Positions 10,885-24,297 of a stretch of DNA of 64,000 nt are shown here, one piece after another (within the stretch, counting starts at the first letter, position 1; each line of letters opens with the position of its first letter). Source of the stretch: Microthyrium microscopicum (lineage: Eukaryota). Both the position numbers and the translations under genes were made by a program. The stretch is from the NCBI GenBank assembly GCA_010405405.1, contig MU004230.1, positions 2,018,627 through 2,082,626 on the forward strand, read 5' to 3'. The notes under the pieces are model-generated. The model did no database searches. It saw only the letters and a program-made list of their open reading frames with translations, and was not told the DNA's origin.

Positions 10885-12673
10885 GGTCACCTATTATCGT
10901 TGCAGTGTTGCAACGCTCGTCAAGCTAAAAGATGATAATGAAAGAGCAGTTATAGCAAAAGCCAAAAGCTCGGGGACCAGGCGTAGTTTTCTTCTATGCC
11001 TCGAGAAGAAGATCGACAATACTTCAAAACCTGCAAACAACTTCTTATGATCTCCTTATAGACTTGGCCTGACCAGCTACGTCCATGTATTCTTACCCGA
11101 GATCTCTCAGACCCCTCACACTCCTCGCCGTCGAGCGCAACCCAAGACGCGCAGACACCCTCGGTGCAAGTTGCATGAACCTGGAGGTTTCTCGCCCACA
11201 GCCAAGCACAGAAAATGCAGCGGTCGATGCTAGCGAGTTGTGCGTCTTGAGCCACTCATGGATGCAATTCTATCCAGTCATGAGCACCGTAGGGTCTGGT
11301 GCCACCCAGTTACCAATCTTGGCGGCCCGTTGGCCCGCAAATACAATTCTTTTGGTAGGTGCAAGTCATACCTACCACCGAAATGTGCGTTCAAAGGTTT
11401 TGCATGGTGGTGCTGGTGAGGTTACGCCAGGGACAGGTTCCGGGGGCATGCAAGCGTCCGTAAACGGCAAGTCGTGAGACCATCGCAGAACTTGGCACCA
11501 CGAACAGTCCGTTGAGGGCAGCTGGGTCGTTGGCCGAGCACCATCACGATGCATGCCCAGTCTTGAAGTGCAAGCTTTTTGCCCCGGTGGATGTACGCGA
11601 GACGGCACGCGGGGTCTGAACCTGGTTTAACTTCGCCTCTGCCCAGCACACAGACGGCAGTTCCAGCGTCCATAGGCGGCTATCATGCCTTTTAGTGGAA
11701 GATCCCGAAAGGAAGCTCGCAAAGAACTTTGCCCACCAATGGGATATCGACGCTGCGGTTTTCTTTCTGGGTTGACGAGTACTGATGAGAATGATTTGCA
11801 AGTGTAACCCGGTAAAAGAGCTTAGTGATGTCACCCCAATATAAAAAGGTTATATTAAGAAGCAGCTTCTTCTTCCAACGACGTGTCGATACTGGATACA
11901 ATTGTAATAGTCAATGTTCAATACTACTAGCTTGATTCTTGAATGCTTACCCCATATTCCATCTTAGCTTCCTTCCCCGGATTATTCACATGACACTAGC
12001 CTAGATCCTACGACTTTCCAAGCAACTCCATCTTTGCGCCTCATCAGTAGCATGTGGAGCCTTCGGACTTCAATGGCCCGCTTAAATACGGAGTCATCTG
12101 CTGATGTTCAGCCTTCGTGGCCTTTCACAAATTGTGCGGGATCAAGTGGACTCATTCGCTTAAGCAAGGCTGGTTTCATGCGAACCCCAATACTGCGTGA
12201 AGATAATCGTCCTTCCATTCCCTTGGATACATGATCTACAGGGCTGATAACAAAAGTACGCTAAGATTTGTATATTATTTTCATTCAGCATAAAAAGTCC
12301 AAATAACTTGGACTTTCAATGAAGTTCTCTCGCTATTCCTTTTCTCGGCGCAACTTCCTAAAGGGTCAGATTCACATGAGTCATGAGTGTCGAGATGCCC
12401 GCCGATAGCTGAGTCTCCAGTGTCTTTGCATGAGAAAGTGGTCGGCAAGAGCCTTGGCTGGAAAATATCGCTAACACCAGCAGCTTTATTGGCCTACACA
12501 TCAGAGACAACTCCACATTTTGCCTCAAGGAGTGCCCCCAGGTGTGGATAATGCTCGGTTTTGCAACAAGTCGACAACATAAGAATGTAGCCGATGAAGT
12601 CTCAGTCTCACCTGCACTCGTGAGAGCCGCGGGCCTAGAACGCGGCATGATACCAAACTGCTTCTTGAGCGGC

Positions 12674-15382
12674 TTAGGTTCCCTCAGGAGACGGTAAATC
12701 TTCTGCGTCAGCAGCTGGTTCGGCTTCTTCCTCTTTTGCGGCTTTTTCCTTGTTCTTCTGGGGATTGTTGTCGATTAGTGGTGAGTTGTCATTGAATAGT
12801 CGAAGAAGCATCGCTCTACGATGTTATTAGTGAGTACTCTTTGCATCTTGAAAGTGCTTGACTTACTTGCGATCCTCTTTGGGAAGCATCAGATTGATAG
12901 ATCCGACGCTACGCCACACGGGGAATACGAAGCGCTCACTGCATGTAAGGTTAGTATTTCAAATACACAGAGCTAACTTAAAGCAACTTACTCGAAACCA
13001 TCTTCAGCATCAGTGGGTTCCACCCGTAAGATGCAGCAACCCATTGGCATCTCCTTCAATCGCTCGCCAACCTCGCCAAGTTCAGCGTAGCTGGGTCCGG
13101 TAGCCTTGATAAACATTTCCAAAAGTAATTTCCGCAACTCCTCTCTCTTGTATAAGCGAACAATCCTATCTTCACCGACCCAAGGTTCGAATATGGGTAC
13201 ACCTTCAGACTGCACACGCCATCTGCAGATGTCTCGATGCTGGGCGTCCTGTCTCATAAACATCTTCACTCCAGCTTGAACAAACTTCATACCCTTGCCT
13301 TCGTTCATAACCAGGACGTCTCGCACAAAGGGAGAAGTGTAGTAGATCGCCTTGACCGGTTCACCCATAGCATTCCGAACCATGAAACGATCAAGCGGGA
13401 AACGATCGGAGGTTTGGTAGAATTCGCATATCGACTGTACGGCTGGGTGATCGGGAGCGAGGTACTTGTAAGGTTCCTCAAAGGGTTGACCATTTTTTCG
13501 CTTTGAGCTCGCAAGGTCGCGATTGAGGTCAGGATTTGAGGGTCGCGCAACTGAAGTCGAGTCGCTCTTAGCTTCTGATTTAGTTTCGACCATTTCTTCG
13601 TCATCCTGAACATCATTCTCGCCTTTGAGAGAGTCGGCGTCGGCGACATCAGCATGATTTTCGTCTTTGGCTTTCTTAACGGCTCCATCCAGAATCTGGT
13701 CGTCGTCGTCATCTCGTTTTCTCTTGAGTGGTGATTTTGAGCCACTGGGCTCATCAACCTCCATATCCTCAAGAGTAGTTGTGTCGATTTTCTGAGCCTC
13801 CTCGGTTTCAGCAATCACACTAGAAGTTTCCGTTGACGATGCCTTAGCTTTTTGCTGCTGAGGAGGTCGAATCTCCTTCAGTTTCTCAAGGACTGTGATG
13901 AAGAAGGCTCCAGTATCTTGATGATGAGGGTAGATGCGCATACAGAGTTCCAGCGGTATTTCTCCATCACTCGTGTTCAGCGGTGGGAACATGCTCTGTT
14001 GGAACTTTTCCAAGGCCTCTGGATGGTCGATACCCGGGTCTTTTTTCGCGACCTCCACTTCTTCAAAAGTATCGTAGAAACGATCATAACGATCCATGTT
14101 CTTCCATTTCTTTAGTCCTGCGACCCGTTTTAGGCCCGGCAGTTCATCCTTGCAATCGACGATTTTGACGGTGTCGAGTCCACAGATCTCTATAGCAGCG
14201 GCGACGACAGCCTCATTCTCGATGGGATTCAAGCTGCAGGTTGAGTAGACACATCGTCCTCCAACCTTGAGCATTTGTAGCGATCTCACAAGAATTCTGA
14301 CCTGCAGAGGATGGATTCCCATCGCATTGGTTGGAACCCAGTCTTTCCACACATTGTAGTTCTTGCGAGCAGTGCCGTCACCAGTACAAGGAACGTCAGC
14401 CAAAATGCGGTCGAATTTAAGATAACGGAAACCTCGGGGATCTGGTACGCGGATTGATGGGAAGATCGAAGCGTCGTGGTTTGTGACTATTAGATTTGGA
14501 GAGTTGAGGCGTTTGACTTGATGAACCAACATTTGTGCTCTCCTATAATCGGAATCGTTGCATATCAGGAGACCAGTGGAGCGGCCGTCGTCAGACCAAT
14601 CGCCAAGTGTCTTGAGATCAGGCTTTTCGAGTTCAATATCTTTTCCGTCAGGGCTGCCACTTTTCCCTTGTTTTTGCTCAAGCTCGTGCAAGACCTGGCG
14701 AATCCGGGCCTCTTCTCCAGCGTGGAGAGATTCTATGAGCTGGGCAGACTTGCTTCCAGGAGCAGCGCACATATCTAGAACAGCCATGCCCGGTTTTATA
14801 TCCATCAAAAGCGGTGGTATCATACTGACAACCTCCTGTCTGCTAATATTGCCAATGCTGGTCTCGGAGACTAGGAACTTTTGGAACGAAGCAAAGGGTG
14901 CGTGTCTACGGACGATTTGTTTCGGAGTGCTCATGGACCAAGCTAGGCCTTCGGGAAACCATGGCACTGGCTTAGGAGGTTCGACAATCTCGCCGTTGAA
15001 TTTGACGGATGCCATTTCTGGAATGTAGTGTTCGACGAGACGTTTTTGAACGATTAGAGCATGTCTGCTTAGGTTAGTCAGGAGCTCTATTAAAAAGAGG
15101 AAATACGCACCCTTTGGAGCCAGTGAATCTGAAGCTGTTTGGAAGATCTTTCCGCATGGTACTCCAAAACGCTCCAGTTTCTTCCACCGGAATAATTGCT
15201 TGCTCTGTGTAGAAGTTCTCGAGCTTTTCGTTTTCTCGAACAGGTTCTTGATAGTCGGCTCTAGGCGCATGATTTGCCCAGGAGTTACCACCACCTCCAC
15301 CCTTGTTCTTTTTCTAGTGGTTGTCAGCGAACTGTATAACGACAAAATTGGTGGTGCCTACCTTTCGATTGAACTTTCCCAT
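12674..15382 (-). CDS. NCL1: tRNA (cytosine-5)-methyltransferase, NSUN2/Trm4 family
   Basis: GNISRQEVVSMIPP, VLDMCAAPGSK, FDRILADVPCTGDG and YSTCSLNP motifs. Spliced start MGKFNRK at 15382; four introns. Confidence 0.93.
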
Positions 15383-16516
15383 TTTGCGCGCAAGGAGGGC
15401 TGTGGACGTGAATTTTCGAGGGCTCAAACTGTATAATGATGTATGAGTAGGTCTTGGCTTGATTGCGGCAAGTCAGTGGAGATTCATGTGTGATAGGTGT
15501 TAGAGACTGAGGATGTAGTGTAGAGCTTAGAAGTTGAAGAAAAAGTTCGAGGGCAGTTGGAGCTCAAAGTGCCCGCAATCCCACCCCAGGAGCTTAAGCC
15601 TCGAGCTAGTGAGGATTCAGCTAGCGCAACGCTTAAGATATTGATCCCGAATTTGCGATCCGCAGGGCCCAAGAGCCGGCCCGAAATACAAGCATCAATG
15701 CACATTGATGACAATCAAAATACCTCGATGTAAACACCGCTGATGGCTTGCACCATCTTTTATGAGCAGAAGGTGTTTTCTTTTCCGTCGCAGTCGATGA
15801 ACGGCCTGCATGACGCGCAATTGATGAGTAACAAGACACGCGCTGACCCGGCGAAGCAGATTGGAGCCAGCGCACTTGATGGATACACCACTCTTGTACA
15901 TTGGTTCGGCCATGTTTGGTGCTTCGATCCTAAGTATCAAGATGATATCCGTTACTGATTTTACTCATGTCATATTTAACATCAATGTTTCTATTCTCTT
16001 CGCTAACGATACTATTTATTCTAATAATTCTGCAAGCATTAGCGATCTAGCCTTATCTTGTTCAACCTTGTTCGGATATCAGGTACACCCGAATGCGCTC
16101 TTCCGGCGCAGAATACAACCGAATTGGGAAATTTTGAATGAATTTATAGCCACTATGGCTGTAAAGATAGGCCATTACGGTTTAGATATGAAAGATTAGT
16201 GCATGGCAAATTTCAAAAAAGCAACAGATTGTGCACGGGCACAAGCAGTTTCATCATTCCGCGGCCATCACGACGCAATTGCCTTCCACGCCTTGAGCTG
16301 AGCTCATCGATTTCAATTCCACCACCTAACTCCGTACTTCTTTTTCATCCTTCTCGATTCCTCATCAAGATCTCAGTCAGCCTCATTCAATTATTCTCTA
16401 CTTAAACCACAAGCCTCCAGTCGCAATCTTCTGATACTTTGAAACCCCACTTCCTCGACGTCACCATTTGACATTCCATACAATCTACAAACCTTCATTA
16501 AGTTACTCTATACAAA

Positions 16517-17559
16517 ATGGGAAACATCTTGTCTCAAAGCTTTCGACTCCCACCTCCAACTTTAACTGAAAAGAACCTTCCTGATCAATCTGGTAAGGTC
16601 AAGTCATTGGATAATAGTACCACAGCACGATCAGATCTAACCTTGACATAGGAAGGGTGCATATCGTTACTGGAGGCTATGCTGGTTGTGGACTAGAGCT
16701 CTCCAAAATTCTATATCAGAAAAATGCCACAGTGTATCTGGCTGGTCGCAGTGCCGACAAAGCCAATGCTGCCATCTCAGCCATCAAGCAGGCATTTCCT
16801 GACAGCAAGGGAAAGGTTGATTTCATCAAAGTTGACTTTTCCGACCTCTCAACCATCAAATCCGGCGTCGAAGGCTTCCTAAGCAAGGAGAAACGACTCG
16901 ATGTACTTACCAACAACGCTGGTGTGATGACTCCACCTGCGAAGAGCAAGGACGCCCATGATCGCGATTTAACGCTTGGAACCAATATCATAGGCCCCTA
17001 CTTATTCACAAAGCTGTTGACTCCAATCTTGCAAAGCACCGCAAAGGATGCTCCAAAAAACTCAGTCCGCGTGACCTGGGCATCATCGGCCGCCGCATTC
17101 ATCAATCCTCCCGCGGGTGGAGTGGCGTTTGACAAGGATGGCAATGTGTCCAATTTCTCCAACGACAATGGAAAAGCTTACGCCCAGAGCAAAGCTTCCA
17201 ACATGCTCTTGGCCTCGGAATTTGCGAAACGTTATGGCAGAGACGGCATTATCTCTGTATCATGGAACCCAGGTAACCTGACCTCGGAGCTCCAACGTCA
17301 TATGAACTCTGTTGCGGCCTGGGTTCTTGATCGTGTACTACTGTTTCCGACCATTTTCGGCGCCTACACGGAACTTTATGCTGCATGCTCTGAAGATATT
17401 ACTGAATCGCAGAATGGAGCTTTCATTGCGCCGTGGGGGCGGGTATATGACGCTCCAGGTCATATTACTAGTGGCACGAAAACCGAAGCAGAAGGCGGAA
17501 GTGGACACGCTGAAAAGCTTTGGACTTGGTTGGATAAGACGACTAGTCAATATGCTTGA
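16517..17559 (+). CDS. Short-chain dehydrogenase/reductase (retinol dehydrogenase-like)
   Basis: TGGYAGCG, NNAG and YAQSK catalytic motif. First exon MGNILSQ..LPDQSGK, intron ~16598-16651. Confidence 0.9.
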
Positions 17560-18137
17560 TATGTGATGACCTCTATCTTGTTATGGGCTTCTGTAAATGA
17601 CAGGTGTTTGTGTATATTGGCCTTCAGGAAAGACTGGCGTACTAAGCAAAGGGCGGCCATATCACTGTATTATAGGTGGATGAACTTCCGTAATGAACCT
17701 TTCATTTATGCTGTGTAGAGTAATGTCCTTTTGTTGAAATTGATGACCTCGGATTTTGAACTCGAGTTCAGACGTTGCAAAGCTTACAACCTCCAAACCG
17801 CTTCGGATATCATGTCATTCTCTGAGCTCTAACCGCCAGACATTGAGACTATGCAGCAAGCCCATTACAGTCAAAATTGAAAATTCCTTCGAGTAAAGCT
17901 CTGTTGTTATCCATTGATGTATCGCTGGATCAGCCTCCTAGAAATCGTTTGCCCCACCCAACAACTCCCAGCCCCCTGACTGCTATTCTGACCAACGACC
18001 ATGAATTTCTAGGCCGCCATCAATCATCTTAAGCAGGCAGCAATAAGTTAGTGAAACGTACGAGAGCTTCTCACAGGAAGATGAAATGAATCGTGATGCT
18101 TCAAGCAATCTAATCACTTCAAGCCACAGCCTCCAAT

Positions 18138-20245
18138 ATGGTTCCTCAGGCCCAAATCAACACCACCGAGATATCCGAGAAGGCTCGTAGAGACCTATTG
18201 CGCTTACTCGAAACGGTACGTAACCATCAGAATGATACTGAAAATAATCTAACGATGAGCAGGTTCGAGGCAAGAAGAACTTGGTGATCCAAAAAGCACT
18301 AGCTGGCACCCTAGGTCTATTTGTCAAATTCTCAACGCTTCAGGAGTATGGTGTTGATCGAGTGTTTTTCCTGGAGAATGGCAATATAGACTCTTCCCAG
18401 AAGAATGTTGTTTTTCTTGTTAGAAGTAACAAGTCCCGAGATGTGCAAGCTGTAGCAGGTATGCTCTCTTCAACCTCAACTACGGAGCACACTGACATTA
18501 CTTAGATCAGATCAATCAATTGCGACAAAATAGTCAAGTTCAGCATGAGTTTACCACAATATGGGCTCCTCGCCGTACTCTGATTTCTGATCAGATCTTG
18601 GAAGAAGCTGGGGTTTTAGGGGATGTTACTGTGTATGAGTATCAACTCTTGTTTGTTCCCTTATCAGAGGACGTTTTATCGCTCGAACTTGACGAAACCT
18701 TTGAGGATATTTATTTGGTAAAGTAAACCTGCAAAGATACACGAGGCATATGACTAACCTCCATATCAGACCAAAGATCCAACTTCCATATTCCTCGCCG
18801 CAAAAGCTCTGATGAAATTCCAACAAAAATGTGGTCTCTTTCCCCGAATACTCGGCAAAGGTGACAACGCCAAACGATTAACAAACCTACTTATCCGCAT
18901 GCGATCTGAAATCACCGCTGAGGACGCTGGAGAATCATCATCTTTTCTGGACCTCACCCCAAGTCAATCAATCGACAGCCTAATCATCATCGACCGCGAA
19001 GTCGACTTTCCCACCGTCCTCCTACAACAGCTCACCTACGAAGGCCTGCTAGACGAATTCTTCGGCATATCATCCAACACCGTCGAAGTTGACTCTGCCA
19101 CCATCGGGCCCCCGACCGGACCTCCCCAAGCATCCTCATCTACCGCAGCCGCCTCCACCACCCGCTCCCTTAGTCATAAGATCGCCCTTGATGGCGCCGA
19201 CCCTCTCTATTCTGCCCTTCGAGATGCAAACTGTGCCGTCGTTGGACCGATACTCAATAAAGTCGCTCGACGACTACAAAGCACCTACGAGTCCCGACAC
19301 AAAGCCGCCCAGTCTACGGCTGAGCTGCGCGACTTTGTGGCAAAATTGCCAGGCTATCAGGCAGAGCACTCGAGTCTCAAGCAGCACACCAACCTCGCCG
19401 AAGACGTCATCAGACGCACACGCGCCGAGTTCTTCACCCGCGCACTTGAAGTCCAGCAGAATATAGCAGCAGGCGCAGATCCAACAAGCCAGCACGACAA
19501 CATTGAGGAGCTACTGGCGCGCGATGTGCCCTTGGAGCTAGCACTGCGGTTGCTGTGTATATATTCCACGTTCAGCAATGGGTTACGCACGCGCGACTAT
19601 GACAACTTTCGCCGCATGATACTACACACATATGGTCAAGAGCACCTGCTCACTCTACACAATCTCGAAAAGATGGGACTGCTCGTTGCGCGGACAGGCG
19701 GAGGTTTGGTCGGCGCTGCAGCAGGACCAGTAGGCTCAACGACAAACTACACAGTCGTGCGCAAAAATCTACATCTCATCGTGGATGAAGTCAACGAGTC
19801 AGAGCCAGACGACATAGCCTACGTCTTTAGCGGATACGCGCCTCTCAGCGTACGTCTAGTCCAATGTGTACTGCAAAAACAATATCTTGCTTCCCTGTCA
19901 GCGACTGGCGGTGCGGGAGGCACGCCCGCGGGAGCTGGTCTGGGCTGGCGTCCGTTTGAAGACACGGTCAAGTTGGTTCGTGGAGCGACGGTGGATGAAA
20001 CGCAGACGGGCGAGGAGAAGGCGGTAAGGGCACGGCAGATGCTGAATGGGTCCGTTGGCGAGGCGGGAAAGACAGTGGTGGTATTCTTTCTGGGTGGAGT
20101 GTGTAGAGCGGAGTTGGCAGCATTGCGGTTCGTGGCGGACAAGTTGAAGGGGCAAGGACGGGGGAAGAAGCTGTTGATTTGTACGACGAATGTTATCAGC
20201 GGTGATGCGGTTGTAGGAGCGGCTGTTGAGCATAGGACATTTTGA
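18138..20245 (+). CDS. VPS33: Sec1/Munc18-family vacuolar sorting protein Vps33
   Basis: VRGKKNLVI, IIIDREVDF..LLQQLTYEGLLDE and PDDIAYVFSGYAPLSVRLVQ. Three short 5' introns. Confidence 0.92.
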
Positions 20246-20686
20246 TATTGATTTAGGCTGAAAAGCAAACTAATATACAGAGAAATTATATCATTCGGTG
20301 TTACGACATCTGTGATCTCGAATCTGCCTGTAAATCGTATAGTTTTTCAGCATCTGAGCCCGTTATTTGTAGACATTAGTTGATATCTGGGAAGTTCGGT
20401 TAGCATATATCCTCCCTCAAGACGTATGTGCGTTATTTTGAGATTCCAGCGTTCAGTGTTCCTATCTCTAAGCAGCGACAGAAGGCATTTGTCGATACCA
20501 ACCATACCTCTTCCGGCTCTTCCTATCTTGAAGTATTTTTTATAAAAGGAAATTATCTCATCATTGAAAATGCCATGGTGCAGCGAAAGCGAGGAAGTCC
20601 ACTTACATCTTGATATCATCTCCCACCACCCCGATCTCTTGATGGTTTCCATTATTCATATCTCATGCCAATCATCATAATGTATC

Positions 20687-21040
20687 TCACATACCACCTA
20701 ATCGCTCCAACTCGACCTTCACAATCTCCTTGCCCGGCACGCAGATCAGTCCAACGTAACGACTCTCGTTCGCCGTCAACTTGACCGCTGGCCGGGTCAT
20801 GCCAATTCGCTCTTCGGCAGCTTCTGCAACAGGCACGCGGAACTCGTGGGCGAGCGCGAGGATCATATTGCACTGCGCGTCTGTGCACTTGAACTGGCCA
20901 ACGAAGACGCGCGCATCGTGCGTGTGGATGCGCAGAGTGCGGCCGAGGACGCTGTTGAAGAAGCTGTCGACTTCGTGGACAGGTGGGAGAGGTTCGTTGG
21001 CAGCGTGGAGCTCGGCTTGGACGTCAGCGATGGTCTTCAT
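20687..21040 (-). CDS. MAK31: Sm/LSM-fold protein, NatC auxiliary subunit (Mak31/NAA38/LSMD1-like)
   Basis: LGRTLRIHTHDARVFVGQFKCTD..CNMIL (Sm1) and RYVGLICVPGKEIVKVE (Sm2). Confidence 0.75.
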   Translation of the reverse strand: MKTIADVQAELHAANEPLPPVHEVDSFFNSVLGRTLRIHTHDARVFVGQFKCTDAQCNMILALAHEFRVPVAEAAEERIGMTRPAVKLTANESRYVGLICVPGKEIVKVELERLGGM

Positions 21041-21496
21041 CTTGGGGGATGCATTGGCGGTGATGTGAGTGGGATGTCAAGAAAAAAAGTTCGAGGTGGT
21101 CGAGAGGTCTTTAGGGCTAGGGTAAGCGAGCCAACTTCATGTCTGTTCTGATTTGCGGACTTGATTGTTTACACTGCCTTCTCAGGGGAGCCGGATGCGG
21201 TCTGCTGCAGCATCTGGGTCTTTTGCCTACAGTGGCAGTGTTGACTTGCAAATGATTTGAAGGCCCTGTTTATCATGAGGCGTGGGGAAATGGATGCGAA
21301 CTCACAGCCGCAACTCATGAGTCGTCTTGCTGAGTCCAGTGACAGTCAAGACGCTCGAGTAAATTTCTATTTTTGGTTACGCAACTTCTTGGAGTATTTA
21401 CAAGATTGAGCCGACAGACTGTCTGTCCGACGTCAAGATTTCCTCGCTCTAACTACACCTGTCGATGCTTGATATTCTTTCATTATCATTACGCCA

Positions 21497-22331
21497 ATGA
21501 GTACCGTACCGGGCATCTTGCCTCTTACCACAACATTTACGCCTCCAGCATCATGTCTTACCAGGCTGATGAACGCCACTCCCCTCAGCCAGAATAATGG
21601 TGCAGATGAACTTGGGCCTTCGCCGAGCGCGACAGAATGCTATCCCACAGGCTACAGATTCGATACAATCTCCTACTTTTCTCCTGGTCTTTGTCCCCAG
21701 AACTATACGACAGTCTCTACCGGTACGAATCAGATTGGCTCATTAACAGAAACGGTAGCTAATTGCTGTCCGACGTAAGTCTTATATTGAATAAAGCTGG
21801 TATCCTGCGAAAAATAGTGAGGCTAATATCTTATCGAGCAACAGCGGGTTTTCCTGGGTCAACAATGGCTTATTATTATACACAACATGCTTGAGCTATT
21901 ACGGCACCTCTGCTACATCTTACCGTTCACTTGCCGAATTTTCTGGCACGACTCCTGCTGGAACCGCTATTGCCACGGGCCCGGGCTATGCAATTGCATC
22001 TGCCATCCAAGTTAGATTCCAGGCTACAGATAAAGCTCTATTGACACCACAGGCTACTGTGACTTCAACAGTGACCGTAACAGCTGCGACTGGGCTGACA
22101 ACTGGCGCCAAGGTTGGCATTGGAATTGGTGTGCCTATAGCGTTGTTGCTGCTTCCAATATTGGCAGGTGTCATACTCTTGCTTAGACAGCGTAGCAGGC
22201 AGAACAAGCAACACGGTACAGCCATTGATACGGAAGAACAAAAAGTCCATCGCGAAATGGATGGAGCACCCGTCGCGGACAACAGTAGAATGTTTGAACT
22301 GGATTCACAGTCAGGACAAGGACGTGATTAG
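21497..22331 (+). CDS. Hypothetical single-pass membrane protein with Cys/Thr-rich ectodomain
   Basis: PLTTTFTPPASC..YFSPGLCP..CCP, intron ~21775-21845, then GLTTGAKVGIGIGVP transmembrane helix and cytosolic ELD motif. A common fungal architecture. Confidence 0.7.
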
Positions 22332-22699
22332 AGGCGAAGCACAAGAGCCAACGGGTCGACAGAACAAGCACACGCCCATGGAGTGCGAAGTTTACCACCG
22401 CATCTTGTCAAGAGCATACTTGCTAAGTCATGTCATATCTGATAACACACAAACGTTTCTTATGCACTCAACGGGGAATAGAGTACTCGGTAACAGAAAG
22501 TTGCGGTGATAGCCACGAAGCTGATGGGAGGCACGCCATTTATAAGATTCATCGGTTGAACATCGTCTCACAGCTTTGAGTTCGATCCAGCAGCCGTTAC
22601 TGTCGGCTCAGTCTTGAGTCATATGCGTTGTACAAGACCTGAGTAAAATCAATGTTTAATTCCACTTAATCTCAACCGATAGCGAAATAAGTGGCGTAA

Positions 22700-23110
22700 T
22701 CCCTTCAGCTTTGCTGGATTCCATTAGAACGGTTCATATATTGTGTCGGCTATTTATTCCAAGACGTATATGCATCAGACGTACAAATTCGGTATCAAGA
22801 TGCCGACTTTGCGATACCACAAGCTACTATAACGTCTACAGTGAATTCAACGCCGCTTTCAACTGAGCTGACACCGGGAACAAGAATCGGCGTTGGATTC
22901 GCAGCGGTCGCTGCAGTGTTGGTTCTAGCGATGGTGGTGGTGATGAGTATATTCCTATTGAGGCAGAGGAGATACCGTGCCGGTATATTGCTACTTTACG
23001 ACAACGCACGGCGCTAGGCACGACAAAACACAATGTACATAAAGAAGTGGACGGAGCACCTATTGCGGATAACAGGAAGATACTCTATTGGAGCTGGATA
23101 CCGGCTCTCG
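22700..23110 (+). pseudogene. Decayed tandem paralog of the 21497-22331 membrane-protein gene
   Basis: ASDVQIRYQ..PQATITSTV..LTPGTRIGVG..LLRQR aligns with ASAIQVRFQ..PQATVTSTV..LTTGAKVGIG..LLRQR. TAG at 23015 and frameshifts around DGAPIADN/LELD. Confidence 0.75.
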
Positions 23111-23309
23111 ACGCAGCGATACAGTTCAAATCAAGACAGAATTCCCTCATCAGTAGCTCTACCTCATATTCGCAGAAACCGAATGAATTACTTCGCTCTT
23201 TGCGAGTGGATATAAAACTAATAATCATAATCAATACAAAAAGGCCGCCTGTCCTACAGCAGTAAATGCTCATCACACAGCATCAACTCCACTACCGCAT
23301 CTCTCACAA

Positions 23310-24297
23310 CTACTGCCCACCCTCAGCCAACTTCTCCAACACCGTCTCTCTGAATCGCTCAACCTTTGCCACATGCCCCCTAACCATCTCCGCAAAAACC
23401 GCAATCCCCTCATTAAATCGATCAACCTTGACATTCCCCGTCCTCTCCAATCCTCTCCTCTTCGTTGGCGTCACGCCCACCCCTCTTGCCCGCTTCGGTG
23501 GCGCAGAAAGCACAAACTGCGCTCCACGTTCCGGGCTTTCTTGGCTATACACTGAACTTGGCGCTGGACTGAGCTGTACTAGCAGCTTATGCTTGTGCTC
23601 AAAGCTCACTGGAGTGATTGGCGTCATCGGTGTGGCTGGTGTGGGCGGGACAGTGGATCCCCAGTCACCGCTGGTCTCGCGGATGCTGTGGATGGCAAAT
23701 GGGGAGGCCAGAGCCCAGCGGCTGCTTGCGCGGGGCGGGAACGTTGGTGTTGTGCAGAATGGGTCGGCAGGGGATGGTGGTGGGCGCGGAGGCGTGAGGG
23801 TTGTGATTGCTTGGCCGTAAAGATTGAGTGCTTCGTCGAGGGCTGGGAAGAGGGTGGGCGCGCGGAATGGCATGTGTCGAGCTTGCGTGTCGTGGGACAG
23901 GGCCGCGAAGAAGTAGCAGCCGGCGATGTGGAGTGGATGGGCCTGAGATTGTCAGTAAGATAGGTGAGGTAAGGCTGGGAGGGATGGGTACATCTGGGCC
24001 AAGGTCTGGCACGCCGGAGAGAGCTTTGGTTATGCACTCTTTATATCTATGATGTAGATATAGGTCCCGCACGTCGCGAACGATGTCGCCAGGGTCTTGA
24101 GTGGGCTTGGAGAGGGGCTGGAATGTTCGTTCGTGGGCTTTGATCAAGTCTCTAACTGATCGAGATGCCATGGTCGGGGCCATCGGTGAGGGTGGTGGTG
24201 GCGGACTCATTGGAGGCAGCATGGTGATGGCGGTTTGGATTGCAAGGTTCGGCTGGGAATGGCCGTTGGCATGCCCATGACCAGCTGGTTCCCGCAT
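23310..24297 (-). CDS. Hypothetical Pro/Ser-rich protein, two exons
   Basis: Intron ~23943-23991 (GTACCC..CTGAC..CAG) joins ORF 24297 to AHPLHIAGCYFFAALSHD..MPFRAP. Start uncertain. Confidence 0.55.

Noticed and set aside
11090..11130. GGGGTCTGAGA on the minus strand as a TPP riboswitch
   Set aside because: The P4/P5 half (CUGAU..UAAU..CAGCG) is missing.
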